Shown one piece after another: positions 1 through 9,552 of a DNA stretch of 32,521 nt; the stretch's first letter is position 1; the number at the start of each line of letters is the position of its first letter. The stretch comes from a virus. Taxonomy: Duplodnaviria > Caudoviricetes. The stretch lies in the IMG/VR virus record IMGVR_UViG_3300037462_000481, positions 1-32,521 of that record. One strand, 5' to 3'. The position numbers and the translations under genes were made by a program. The notes below the pieces were generated by a model. That model worked only from the letters and a program-made list of their open reading frames with translations, did no database searches and was not told the origin of the DNA.

Positions 1-246
1 ACCGACGACAAGGGCCGGCCGATCAATCGCCTGCAAGAGATCACCGCGGCGATCAAGATGCTCTCGGTCGAATTGCGGCACGAGTACCCGCTGCCGGCCG
101 ACGCCGGGCTGCCGCCGGACGAAGAGCAACCGCTCAACGTCACCGACGACCCGCTCGCCGGCATTTTCTTGAAGTTCCCCGAGCCCGCTGCACCGACCGC
201 GAAGCCGCGCACGAAGCCCGCCAAGAGCGCGAAGAAAAAAGCCTGA
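1..246 (+). CDS. C-terminal part of a hypothetical phage protein (5' end outside the window)
   Basis: Frame 1 is open from base 1 (TDDKGRPINRLQEITAAIKML...) to TGA at 246 and ends in a Lys/Pro-rich tail. Confidence 0.7.
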   Translation, partial: TDDKGRPINRLQEITAAIKMLSVELRHEYPLPADAGLPPDEEQPLNVTDDPLAGIFLKFPEPAAPTAKPRTKPAKSAKKKA

Positions 247-269
247 CCGGATCCCGCGAGCCCCCATGA

Positions 270-965
270 ATGACAAGCGATCAACTTCGCGCGAAATTGC
301 GAATTACTCCCGAGCAGCTCGCCGAGTTGCTCCGGCGTGGGCTCCCCGCGCGCGGCAAGGGATCTCGCCGCAAGTTCGAGCCGGCACTCGTGCGCGAGTG
401 GCTGATCGCCAACGGCTTGGCCGACACGACGCACGCGCCGCGCGATCCGTTTCTGTTTCGCACCGTCGGCCAGGTCGCGAATCACTTCTGCGTCTCGGTC
501 AAGACGGTCACGCAATGGCTGCAGCAGGGAATGCCCGGCCGGCCTGGTCCGCGGGGCAAGCAGGATGGCTACTTCCCGCTGCACGAGATCCGCGAGTGGC
601 TCGCCAAGCGGCAAGCGCAGGGCGCGAACTCGCCCGGCGGTACCAGCGAGCGAGATCGGCTCGTGAAGGTCAAACGTCAGCGCGAAGAGCTCAAGCTCGG
701 GACCGAGGCGGGGAATCTCTTGCCCGTCGAGACCGTCGGCAAAGCGTTCCTGCGGGCGATCCACGAGACCCGGGCGCAGCTGGACCAGCTGCCGGCGGCG
801 ATCGTCAAGACATTGCCCGCCAGTGTCAATCGCGACGAGCGCGACCGCATCCGCCGCAAGATTCGCGCGGCCCTCGATCATGCGTACGGCACGCTGGCCG
901 ATGCGCTCGAACGGCAAGCCGAAGACCAGGACCAACTGCCACCACCCGAGGAGCCTAGCGAATAG
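270..965 (+). CDS. Terminase small subunit, Nu1-like, with two tandem HTH-like modules
   Basis: Lies directly upstream of TerL. Has a QVANHFCVSVKTVTQWLQQGMP...FPLHEIREWL winged-HTH pattern, then a Nu1-type coiled coil (REELKLGTEAGNLLPVETV). Confidence 0.85.
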   Translation: MTSDQLRAKLRITPEQLAELLRRGLPARGKGSRRKFEPALVREWLIANGLADTTHAPRDPFLFRTVGQVANHFCVSVKTVTQWLQQGMPGRPGPRGKQDGYFPLHEIREWLAKRQAQGANSPGGTSERDRLVKVKRQREELKLGTEAGNLLPVETVGKAFLRAIHETRAQLDQLPAAIVKTLPASVNRDERDRIRRKIRAALDHAYGTLADALERQAEDQDQLPPPEEPSE

Positions 966-3052
966 TTGCCGCCACAACCACCCGCCGCGTCGCCAGCCGC
1001 ACCGAGAGTAAACGCTCGGCGCTCGGCGACTTGCTGCGCTTGGCGGCCGCGGCTTGGCGGCCGCAGGAGCTCCCGACGACGCCCGACTGGGTCGTCGAGC
1101 ATGTCCGGCTGCCGAGCGACATCTCGGCCAACCCCGGCGCGTTTGACCTGGCGGCGCGGCCGTTCTGGCGCGAGCCGCTGGCTTGCATGGACGATCCCGA
1201 GATCGAGTCGATCTCGCTGATGGGCGACGCGCAGATCGGCAAGACGGTCACGTTGATCAGCATGCTCGAATCGCGCATGGATCTCGACCCGGCCCCGGCA
1301 CTGGTCGTCGGTCCCGATCAAGACGCGATGCGCGAATTGCGGGACAAGGTCTATGCCTACTGCGAAGCCTCGCCGACCCTCACGCACCGGATCCCGCCGC
1401 CGTCGAAACGGAACGATCGCTATCTCGAATTCGATTCGATGCTCTGCTACCTGGCGTACAGCGGCAGCGCCCAGCGGCTCCGTTCGCGCACGTGCAAAAA
1501 TATCTTCTGCACCGAGGTCGACGTCTGGCAAGACGATCCTGTGCTCGGCGATCCGGTCGTCGTCGTGCGAGCCCGCGCGAAGGCCTGGAACGAGCACAAG
1601 ATCGTCTACGAATCGACGCCGTCCGACGAAGCCTCGCGGATCGATCAGCTCTACCGCGACAGCGACCAACGCCGGTACCACTGCCCGTGTCCGCACTGCG
1701 GCACGTACCAAGAGCTGCGATTCTTCGCGCACACGACCGGCCCGCACGCCGGCCGCGGCGGGATCCGCGGGCACCTCGACGAGCACGGTGAACCCCGATC
1801 GATTGAGACGGTCGCCGAGCATGTCTGGTACCAGTGCGTCAACTGCGACGAGCCGATCCGCACCGAGCACAAGGCCCGCATGATCGAGCGCGGCGTCTGG
1901 TGCCCGCGTGGGCAGAGCGTGAACAAAGCTGGCCACCTCGAGGGAAAACCCGAGCGCGATAAAAAGCATGCCGGGTTTCACCTCTGGTCGATCATGTCGC
2001 CGGTCGTCACGTTCGCCGACCTCGCGCGCGAGTATTTGACGAACCGCGCGCGGGGCTTGCTGAAAGTGTTCTTCAACAACTGGCTTGGCTTGCCGTTCAA
2101 GATCACGAGCGTCTTGCCCGAGTGGCGCAAGCTGGGGCAGCGGTTGAGCGTCCGCTACTACAGCAACGGCACGATCCCGGCCCGCGCGTATTTTGTGACG
2201 TGCGGCGTCGACGTGCAGGGCGACCGCCTCTACTACGCCGTGCGGGCCTGGGGCCACGGCAAGACGAGCTGGTCCGTCGAGCGGGGTTGCCTGCGGCCCG
2301 AGCTGCTCGAACTCGACAGCGGCTTGCAACGATTTGCGCAGACGCACGGCATCGCCGCCGACCTGGTGCAGCTCTTCCCGGCTGTGATTCAACGCCGCTG
2401 GCCGATCGTCGGCGGCCGCAATCCGCTCGGCGCCGATACGCTCGGCTGCCGCTTGCTCGGGAGCGACTCGCAATATCGCACGCGGCAGGTGCAGCAGTTC
2501 GTCCGCTGTGCCAAGACCAACGCGCACCACGGCACGCTGGTCTACGCGCTCCGCGGCGTCGACTCGTCCGCCCAGCAGCAACCCTACTGGATGACGCACG
2601 TCGATCGCAACACCCGCACCGGCGAGATCTACGAAGGGGGGCTCGACGTCTGGAACCTTTCCGTGTCGACGTTCAAAGAAGACCTGGTCCAGCGTTACGA
2701 GCTGGCGGCCGATCAGCCCGGGGCCTGGCTCTTGCCGAGCGATGTTTTCCAGACGCGCGGGGCCGAAGATTACCTCCGGCAGCTGGTCAACGAAGCGCCG
2801 CAAGTCGTAAAGAAAGACGGCAAGCGGGACCGGGTTGTCTGGACCGTGATCGACGCCGGCGTCGGCAACCATTACTGGGACTGCGAGGTCTACGCGTCGG
2901 CGCTGGCCGACATGGTCGTCGGCACCGGCAGCAACAACTGGGATCTCGACAATCGTCCCGACTGGCGGCGGCAGCAGCCGCGGCCGAATCCGAATCAACA
3001 AGACATCGCCCGCGAACGCGCCGCGCACGATGATGAAATTTCCGCGCGCTAA
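962..3052 (+). CDS. Terminase large subunit, lambda GpA family (start is ATA 962 or TTG 1031)
   Basis: Walker A GDAQIGKT, Walker B IFCTEVD, ESTP coupling motif, CPCPHCG...CVNC zinc motif, nuclease motifs CGVDVQGD and NHYWDCEVYA. Confidence 0.95.
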   Translation: MVAATTTRRVASRTESKRSALGDLLRLAAAAWRPQELPTTPDWVVEHVRLPSDISANPGAFDLAARPFWREPLACMDDPEIESISLMGDAQIGKTVTLISMLESRMDLDPAPALVVGPDQDAMRELRDKVYAYCEASPTLTHRIPPPSKRNDRYLEFDSMLCYLAYSGSAQRLRSRTCKNIFCTEVDVWQDDPVLGDPVVVVRARAKAWNEHKIVYESTPSDEASRIDQLYRDSDQRRYHCPCPHCGTYQELRFFAHTTGPHAGRGGIRGHLDEHGEPRSIETVAEHVWYQCVNCDEPIRTEHKARMIERGVWCPRGQSVNKAGHLEGKPERDKKHAGFHLWSIMSPVVTFADLAREYLTNRARGLLKVFFNNWLGLPFKITSVLPEWRKLGQRLSVRYYSNGTIPARAYFVTCGVDVQGDRLYYAVRAWGHGKTSWSVERGCLRPELLELDSGLQRFAQTHGIAADLVQLFPAVIQRRWPIVGGRNPLGADTLGCRLLGSDSQYRTRQVQQFVRCAKTNAHHGTLVYALRGVDSSAQQQPYWMTHVDRNTRTGEIYEGGLDVWNLSVSTFKEDLVQRYELAADQPGAWLLPSDVFQTRGAEDYLRQLVNEAPQVVKKDGKRDRVVWTVIDAGVGNHYWDCEVYASALADMVVGTGSNNWDLDNRPDWRRQQPRPNPNQQDIARERAAHDDEISAR

Positions 3053-3064
3053 AGGGTCGAAGGA

Positions 3065-3589
3065 ATGGCAAAGAACAACAAGACCACGGCAGCAGCTTCG
3101 CAAGCACCGAGCGAGCAACTCGACAACAGCGTGCCCACGAACAGCGAGCAGCCAGCGGTACCCGGCATCGGCCTCGGCGATCTGCTGGGCGACGGCAACA
3201 CCGAGCCCGAGTTTGACACTGCCGAGAGACACAGCGAAGCCGCTCCGAACGTCGTGGCGCGTGGGCCAGCCGCCGCGGCCGAGCTGCGGGCCCACCGCGA
3301 GACCTACCCGGCCAAGCCGGCGGCGAATTGCGGCCCGACGGTTCAATCGCTGACCCAAGCCGAGCTCGGCAATCGGACATCACTCAACAAGGTCCTCTGC
3401 GTCTGCCCCGAGCATCACACGCCCTGCTACGCCGGCGTGCGCGAGGGAATCTTTACGCGGATGTATTGCCCGGTCGAAGGGTGCAACTTCGCGCACAAGA
3501 TGGTCGTGCCGACGACGGCCGAGCTGATCAACCGCGCCGCGCGGCGGGAGCAACTGTTTCACCCGCAGAACGACATCACCGCGCGCTAG
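3065..3589 (+). CDS. Hypothetical protein: disordered N-terminus, C-terminal Cys/His zinc-finger-like motif
   Basis: AAGGA SD before the ATG; CVCPEHHTPC...YCPVEGCNF motif. Confidence 0.7.
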   Translation: MAKNNKTTAAASQAPSEQLDNSVPTNSEQPAVPGIGLGDLLGDGNTEPEFDTAERHSEAAPNVVARGPAAAAELRAHRETYPAKPAANCGPTVQSLTQAELGNRTSLNKVLCVCPEHHTPCYAGVREGIFTRMYCPVEGCNFAHKMVVPTTAELINRAARREQLFHPQNDITAR

Positions 3590-3673
3590 CGGGAGCAGTT
3601 ATTTGCGTGTGACTTCCAGCGGCTGGAACATCGACCCGCCGCAGCCGTGCCGCGCTCGGTTATGTTCCGACGC

Positions 3674-3910
3674 ATGGCCCTCATTGACGATCTTCGCACC
3701 CGCCTCACGCTTGTTAGCGCCGTGATCACCGCACGGCTCACCGGCAAGGCCGTCGAAGAATACAAAGAGGCCAGCGAGGAGATGCGCTACACGCCCCTCG
3801 AAAAGCTCTACGACATGGAGAAGGATCTCCAAGAGCGGATCAAAGGCGAAGGGGGGAGCGAATCGGGCGGCGGTACCTCGTTTAGCTTTGGCGTGATGGA
3901 GGGCAACTGA
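3674..3910 (+). CDS. gpW-like head-tail joining protein
   Basis: 78-aa ORF immediately before the portal with a TGATG overlap; helix-hairpin-helix pattern (EEYK...MRYTPLEKL) at the lambda W position. Confidence 0.7.
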   Translation: MALIDDLRTRLTLVSAVITARLTGKAVEEYKEASEEMRYTPLEKLYDMEKDLQERIKGEGGSESGGGTSFSFGVMEGN

Positions 3911-5538
3911 TGAACCCTCTCGCCTGGCTCAAGCGCGCCTACGCGGCGATCGATGCGTTTGCCACCCGCAACCTCACGCCCGAAGAGCTGACGGCCGCCG
4001 ATCGCGTGAACCGCAATCCGGCGAATCCGCCATTTCGCGGGGCACAACTCACCCGCCACAATCGGGGCTGGCAGCCGCAGCTCACCAGCGGCGACGACGC
4101 GCTGGCCGTCTCGAATCCGCTGCTGCACACCCGCACCCGGGATCTGGTGCAAAACGAACCGAGCATGGTCTCGGCCCGCCGCAAGCTGACCACGCACGTG
4201 ATCGGCACCGGCATGCAAGCCTTTGCCGATGCCCGCGTCGGTGACGAAGTCGACGAGGAATACTGCGACGAGAGCGATCTCTGGTGGCAGCGGTACATTG
4301 AATCGCGGGAGTGGGACGTCGAAGGGAAGCTCTCTTTCAACGAAGGCCAGGCCAAGGCGTTTTCGGAAGAGACGCTCGGCGATTGTTTCTTGCTCGAATG
4401 CTGGGACCCGAATCCCCGCCGCAGTTCGCCGCTCTGTTATCAGCTCATCGAAGCCGAGCAGATCGACACCAGTCTCGATCGACCCGCCGGCAACGGTTTG
4501 AACCGCATCGTCCGCGGCGTCGAGCTCGACGCCTACAACCGTGCCGTGGCGTACTACGTCTACGACGCGCACCCGTACGACAGCAGCAGCGGCTGGACGA
4601 GCAGCTCGACGCGCATCCCGGCCGCGCGAATGCTGCACAGCTTTGTCGGCTTCCGCCCGTCGGCGACACGCGGCCTCAATTGGTACGCGGCGATCCTGCA
4701 AGCGGCCCGCGACGGCGACACGGTCTTCGACAACGAACTCACCGCCGGCATCCTGGCGAGCATGTTTGTGGTCGCGATCCATCGCGAGAACGGCCAGGGC
4801 TCGGGGATCGGTCTGGAAGGGACCGGCGACGATACGGTCGATGCTCAAGGCCGGCCGCTGCAACGGCTCGGCAAGGGGATCATTGCCGACCTCGGCAAAG
4901 ATGACAAGATCACGCAGATCCAAAGCAATCGCCCGTCGCCGCTCCTAGCCGCGCTGATGAAGTTGATTCGCCAGCAGATCTCGATGGGTGTCGGGATCTC
5001 CGAGCTGCGGCTCACCGGCGACTATTCGCAAAGCAGCTACACGTCGGCCCGCGGGGCACACCTCGACGATCAAGCGGTCTTTGAACCGCTGCAGGAACAT
5101 TTCGGCAAGGGCGTCGTGCTGCCGACCCGCCAACGCCATAACGACATCGCCGTCGGCATCGGCCGGATCAAGAGCATCACCGCGCGGCAGTACGAGCAAG
5201 ACCTCTACCGCTGGCGCTGCTTTGAAGTCTTCCCCGTCGGCCGCGAGCAGCTTGACCCCGCCGGCGAAACGGACGCCGCCGCGGCCCGCATCCGCACCGG
5301 GATCAGCACGCTCAAGGCCGAGTGTGCCGCCCGCGGCTGGCACTGGCGTGCCTTGCTGCGGCAGCGCCGCTACGAGCAGCGAATGATCGAGCGGATGGAG
5401 CTCTCGACCGTGATCAATTTCAGCAAGGGGGGCGGCGCGCCCGAGCAAGCGGCTCCGGCCGAAACACCCGAGCAACGCCGCACACGTCAAGACGCGCGGC
5501 CCGCCCCAAGCAGCACGGAGGAATCGGATGCCGCGTAA
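3910..5538 (+). CDS. Portal protein, lambda family
   Basis: LHTRTRDLVQN, VIGTG, LIEAEQI, GVELDAYNRAVAYYV, RPSATRG and LTGDYSQSSYTSAR match lambda-portal motifs. Confidence 0.95.
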   Translation: MNPLAWLKRAYAAIDAFATRNLTPEELTAADRVNRNPANPPFRGAQLTRHNRGWQPQLTSGDDALAVSNPLLHTRTRDLVQNEPSMVSARRKLTTHVIGTGMQAFADARVGDEVDEEYCDESDLWWQRYIESREWDVEGKLSFNEGQAKAFSEETLGDCFLLECWDPNPRRSSPLCYQLIEAEQIDTSLDRPAGNGLNRIVRGVELDAYNRAVAYYVYDAHPYDSSSGWTSSSTRIPAARMLHSFVGFRPSATRGLNWYAAILQAARDGDTVFDNELTAGILASMFVVAIHRENGQGSGIGLEGTGDDTVDAQGRPLQRLGKGIIADLGKDDKITQIQSNRPSPLLAALMKLIRQQISMGVGISELRLTGDYSQSSYTSARGAHLDDQAVFEPLQEHFGKGVVLPTRQRHNDIAVGIGRIKSITARQYEQDLYRWRCFEVFPVGREQLDPAGETDAAAARIRTGISTLKAECAARGWHWRALLRQRRYEQRMIERMELSTVINFSKGGGAPEQAAPAETPEQRRTRQDARPAPSSTEESDAA

Positions 5539-8209
5539 GCAAGCCACTCGCCGCCTCTACAAACACGCCTACGCTCAAGTCTTCGAGCAGCCCTGGTTGC
5601 TGTTGCCGGAGAAATACACGCAGATCGTCGAGCTGTTGACTCTACGCCGCGAAGGGCACGAATTCAGCGACGACGAGATCCGCGAGCGGATCGGCTTGTT
5701 TGGCGACGACGAAGACGACGACACCTACTACACGATCCACGACGGCGTCGCCGTCTTCCCGATCGAGGGGACGCTCTTTCCCCGGGCTGGTGCCTTCGAG
5801 CGGATCAGCGGCGCGACGAGCACGACGCAGCTGCACGAGCAGTTTCGGCTCGCCGTAAATGATCCTGACGTCCGCGCGATCCTGTTGGCGATCGATTCGC
5901 CCGGCGGTGCCGCGGTGCAGGTGCCGGAGTTTGCCGATTCGATCTTCGCCGCGCGCAGCGTCAAACCGATCCATGCCGTCTCGACCGGGATGATGGCGAG
6001 CGGGGCCTATTGGCTCGGCTCGGCCGCCTCTCGCGCGTACGTGAGCACCAGTGCCAGCGCCGGCTCGATCGGCGTTTACTTGGCCCACACCGACGTCAGC
6101 AAGGCCGAAGAAAAATACGGCCGCAAGACGACGCTGATCAGCGCCGGCCGGCACAAGGTCGACGGCAACCCCTACGAACCACTGACCGACCAAGGCCGCG
6201 CGACGCTCAACGAACGCGTGAGCGCGATCTATGACCAGTTTGTCGCGGCTGTTGCCCGCAACCGCGGGACGTCGGTCGAGACGATGCGCGGCCCCGATGG
6301 CAGCGGCCCCGCGCAAGGCAAAGTCTATCTGGCCGAGCAAGCGGTCGCCGTCGGCCTGGTCGATGGCGTGCGCACGCTCGAGCAAGCCTTGGCCGAGCTG
6401 CAAGCTCTGGTCCGCAAACCGGCCGCGGCGACGTTCGCCGGTCCTAACCGCTATGTGGTGCCGGCCGTTGCCGACACCGTTCCCACTCCTGCGGCGAGCA
6501 CGTTGCCCGCCGTCTCTGTCCCTCTTCTCCGAGGTCCCCACGTGAATAAGCAAATTTTGGCCGCGCTCTTCGCGCGGGGGCTGGTTGCCCAGCTCGACGC
6601 GAGCGATGATGTCGCCCGCGCTGCCCTCACCGCATTCTTCGCCGGCCGCGGCCAAACCGTCCCCGACAGCGACGAAAAGACGCTCGCCGGTCTGATGGCT
6701 GCCGCGCCGATGCAAGAGCTCCGTGAAACCATTGCGGCAACGGCCACATCGTTGCAACCACTCACGGCAGTCAGTGCCACCGAAACCCAGCGGATCGAAG
6801 CCGCGGCCCGCGCTGCCGAGCGCAGCCGGATCGATCAGCTCACCGCCCGGGCGAGCTGTCTCGGGGTCAGCAGCGAAGCACTGCAAGCGGCGATTGCCGA
6901 CGGCAGCAGCCTCGAAGCAGCGTGCGTCGCCTGGACCGCGAACCTCGGCCAAGCCCGCCCGCCAGTCGCACGCCAAGATCTGCGGATCGAAGCGGGCACG
7001 AGCTCGGTCGACACGTTGACCGCTGCGGCGACCGATCTGATCTTCGAGCGCGTGGCGATCGCGGTGAACAGCAGCACCGCCCGTGATGCGGCCCGCATCC
7101 GCTTGACTGACGCTGCCGGCCAGGCTCGCCAACCGCACGCCGCGACCCGCGACATGCGGCACATGAAGCTGATCGACATCGCCAAGGTGACGCTCGCCGC
7201 CGCCGGCGTGCGCACGGCTCACATGGACAACGAAGACATCGCCAAGACCTATATGGCGATGGCGACCCCGCGCAACGCTACGCGGCTGGAATTGCTCAAC
7301 GAACCGCAAGCCAACGGCCCGAGCTACAACACGGCCGGCTCGATCCCCAACTTGATGGCGGCCGTCGCCAGCCGGATCGTCGAAGCCTACATCCCGCCGG
7401 TCACCACGACCTATCGGACATGGGCCAAGATGCTCGCCAGCGTCGAGAACTTTGACCCAGCGACGATCAATCGCTACTCGTTCGGCGGCGAACTGCCGGC
7501 GCTCGTCGAGAATGCCAAGTTCCCGCAAAGCAAGATGAGCGAGGAAGCGAACTGGATCCAAGTCGGCCAGTACGGCGAAAAGATCGGCTTCACCGACATC
7601 ATGCTCGTCAAGAACGATCTTTCGATCTTCACCGACGCGATGCCGGCCCAGCTGATCAAGTTCGACCGCACGCTCGCCCGCTTGTGCGTCGACATCCTGG
7701 TCGCCAATCCCACCTTGCCCGATGGCACGGCGCTGCTCGCGACCGGCCGCGGCAACCTGGTGCAGCAAACCGACATTGCCTTCTCGGTCACCAACACCAA
7801 CGCGGCCAAGTCGGCGATGCGGCGTTTCAAAAACGTCGACGGCATCGACGAGCTGGGCCTGGCTCCGAGCCTGGTCCTCGTGCCAGTCGAGCAAGAGACG
7901 GCAGCGCTGCAGTTTTATGCCCCGTACAACGTGGTGCCGACGCAAGACAGCAACGTCAACCCGTTCCGCGGCCAGCTGCAAGTGGTCACCGAGCCGATGC
8001 TCACCAACACGGCCGATTACTACTTCATGCTCGACAAGATGCTCGTCGCGGCCGTGGTCTATGCTCACCAGCAAGGCTACGAAAGCGGCAAGCGCGAAAG
8101 CTGGTACGACCCAGACTTCCGCACGCAGTGGTTCTCGCTCGAAGGCCGGTTTGCGGCCGCGGCGAACAACTGGCGCGGCGTCTTCAAGTACGAAGACAGC
8201 AACGACTAG
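5528..8209 (+). CDS. S49 (SppA-like) prohead protease fused to scaffold and major capsid protein
   Basis: N-terminal IDSPGG, MASGAYWLGS (catalytic Ser), GSIGV and AGRHK (Lys). C-terminal capsid-like region with YGEKIGFT, LVLVPVEQE, VVTEPML and FAAAANNWRG. Confidence 0.9.
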   Translation: MPRKQATRRLYKHAYAQVFEQPWLLLPEKYTQIVELLTLRREGHEFSDDEIRERIGLFGDDEDDDTYYTIHDGVAVFPIEGTLFPRAGAFERISGATSTTQLHEQFRLAVNDPDVRAILLAIDSPGGAAVQVPEFADSIFAARSVKPIHAVSTGMMASGAYWLGSAASRAYVSTSASAGSIGVYLAHTDVSKAEEKYGRKTTLISAGRHKVDGNPYEPLTDQGRATLNERVSAIYDQFVAAVARNRGTSVETMRGPDGSGPAQGKVYLAEQAVAVGLVDGVRTLEQALAELQALVRKPAAATFAGPNRYVVPAVADTVPTPAASTLPAVSVPLLRGPHVNKQILAALFARGLVAQLDASDDVARAALTAFFAGRGQTVPDSDEKTLAGLMAAAPMQELRETIAATATSLQPLTAVSATETQRIEAAARAAERSRIDQLTARASCLGVSSEALQAAIADGSSLEAACVAWTANLGQARPPVARQDLRIEAGTSSVDTLTAAATDLIFERVAIAVNSSTARDAARIRLTDAAGQARQPHAATRDMRHMKLIDIAKVTLAAAGVRTAHMDNEDIAKTYMAMATPRNATRLELLNEPQANGPSYNTAGSIPNLMAAVASRIVEAYIPPVTTTYRTWAKMLASVENFDPATINRYSFGGELPALVENAKFPQSKMSEEANWIQVGQYGEKIGFTDIMLVKNDLSIFTDAMPAQLIKFDRTLARLCVDILVANPTLPDGTALLATGRGNLVQQTDIAFSVTNTNAAKSAMRRFKNVDGIDELGLAPSLVLVPVEQETAALQFYAPYNVVPTQDSNVNPFRGQLQVVTEPMLTNTADYYFMLDKMLVAAVVYAHQQGYESGKRESWYDPDFRTQWFSLEGRFAAAANNWRGVFKYEDSND

Positions 8210-8251
8210 GCCCTGGCCTGAGATGACTCCCCGCGCCGCCTAACGCACGGC

Positions 8252-8312
8252 GCTTGTGCGGGGGAGCTGGACCTTGACCAGTTCCCCCGCCTCTTGCAGA
8301 TGCCGCACAAGC
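8252..8312 (+). promoter_or_regulatory. Nested stem-loop after the capsid gene (attenuator or mRNA stabiliser)
   Basis: GCTTGTGCGG (8252) pairs with CCGCACAAGC (8303) and encloses a GGGAGCTGG/CCAGTTCCC hairpin. Confidence 0.4.
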
Positions 8313-8364
8313 CGGGACTCCGGCAACTCAACATCCACAATCACTCAACCTGCAAAGGTGAACC

Positions 8365-9057
8365 ATGTACGAGACACGAAGCGCAGTATGGGAATTTATC
8401 GGGGCGATCACCCCGGCCACGGCCGGCAGCGCCGACGGCTTGGGCCTCAAAAAGCTGATCACCGGGGCCGCTCCCCCGACTGTGACCGGCACGGCCAGCG
8501 GCTTGGAATGTGCGCTCACCAGCGCCAGCCAGCAGCAGCTCGCCGCGTTTTCGCTCAACGATGTGCTGGCGTTTGACATCGACGATCTGTTGACCGTCCA
8601 TATCGACGCAGCCCTCTCGGCGAGCTTCGCAGAAACGGCGTTCTTTGGCTTGGCCTCGGCGCACAACGCGACGCTCGAATCGATCACGGCGTTTGCGCTG
8701 TTCAAGGCGAGCGGCAACAACAACCTGCTGATCAGCACCGACGACAACTTCACCGACAAGACCGACATCGCGACCGGCGTCACGATCGGCCAGACCGTGC
8801 GGCGGTTCACGATGGACTTTGGCAGCGGCGTGTTCACGCAAGTTCCCGGCCTCGCGCTGGGCGGCAAGGCGAATCCCGCCTTTTATGCCCCCAACAGCCG
8901 CGGCGATCTCCGTCGCGTCGCCCAAGGGGCCCGCTTCGATATGTCGGGCTACAGCTCGGGCCTGCAGATCTACGGCGGCGTGGCCAAGGCCAGCGGCACC
9001 AACACCGGCACGCTCACCGTGCGCCGGATCGAAGTGGTCTACCGCGTCGCGGTCTAG
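8365..9057 (+). CDS. Putative virion structural protein (head decoration-like)
   Basis: AGGTG SD; follows the capsid gene; beta-rich, G/A/T/S-rich composition. Confidence 0.6.
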   Translation: MYETRSAVWEFIGAITPATAGSADGLGLKKLITGAAPPTVTGTASGLECALTSASQQQLAAFSLNDVLAFDIDDLLTVHIDAALSASFAETAFFGLASAHNATLESITAFALFKASGNNNLLISTDDNFTDKTDIATGVTIGQTVRRFTMDFGSGVFTQVPGLALGGKANPAFYAPNSRGDLRRVAQGARFDMSGYSSGLQIYGGVAKASGTNTGTLTVRRIEVVYRVAV

Positions 9058-9068
9058 TCGTGATTCGA

Positions 9069-9116
9069 CGCGCGGGGCGAGGGCGATATGCCGACGGCCT
9101 GCCCCGCGCGCTTTTC
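9069..9116 (+). terminator. Putative intrinsic terminator
   Basis: CGCGCGGGGC/GCCCCGCGCG 10-bp stem followed by CTTTTC. Confidence 0.5.
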
Positions 9117-9155
9117 CTGCTGACGCTGTTGGAAGCAACACCCACGGATTGAGCG

Positions 9156-9533
9156 ATGAGCCTGGCCGACGACCGCAAAACGAACTTCTACGACGAGATT
9201 CTCGGCGACGGGAATCCGGGCGTTGAAACCGTCACCGTCGGCGACGGCGTCCGCGAGTGGACGGTGACCGGCAAGCGGACAAACGAGCAAGCCAACGATG
9301 GCCGGGGGAACATCCCGGTGCTGGACACCAACGTCGAACAGTTTTTGTTCCGCGTTGGCTTAGACGAAGACCATGCGAAAAGCGGCGTCGCCGAGCCAAC
9401 GCGCGGGCTCTGGTTGAAGCGCGCAGGCGAGAGTGTCGCCTACAGCTTCACGGGAAGGATCCTCTCGGCCACGCCGCATGCGCATACCTTGGAATTCACC
9501 CGCGAGATCGGTCTGGTGGCCGGTCCCCGCTAA
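9156..9533 (+). CDS. Putative head-closure / head-tail adaptor protein
   Basis: 125 aa, beta-rich, at the syntenic position after the head genes. Confidence 0.55.
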   Translation: MSLADDRKTNFYDEILGDGNPGVETVTVGDGVREWTVTGKRTNEQANDGRGNIPVLDTNVEQFLFRVGLDEDHAKSGVAEPTRGLWLKRAGESVAYSFTGRILSATPHAHTLEFTREIGLVAGPR

Positions 9534-9552
9534 CCTCTTTGGAGCTGTGAGA

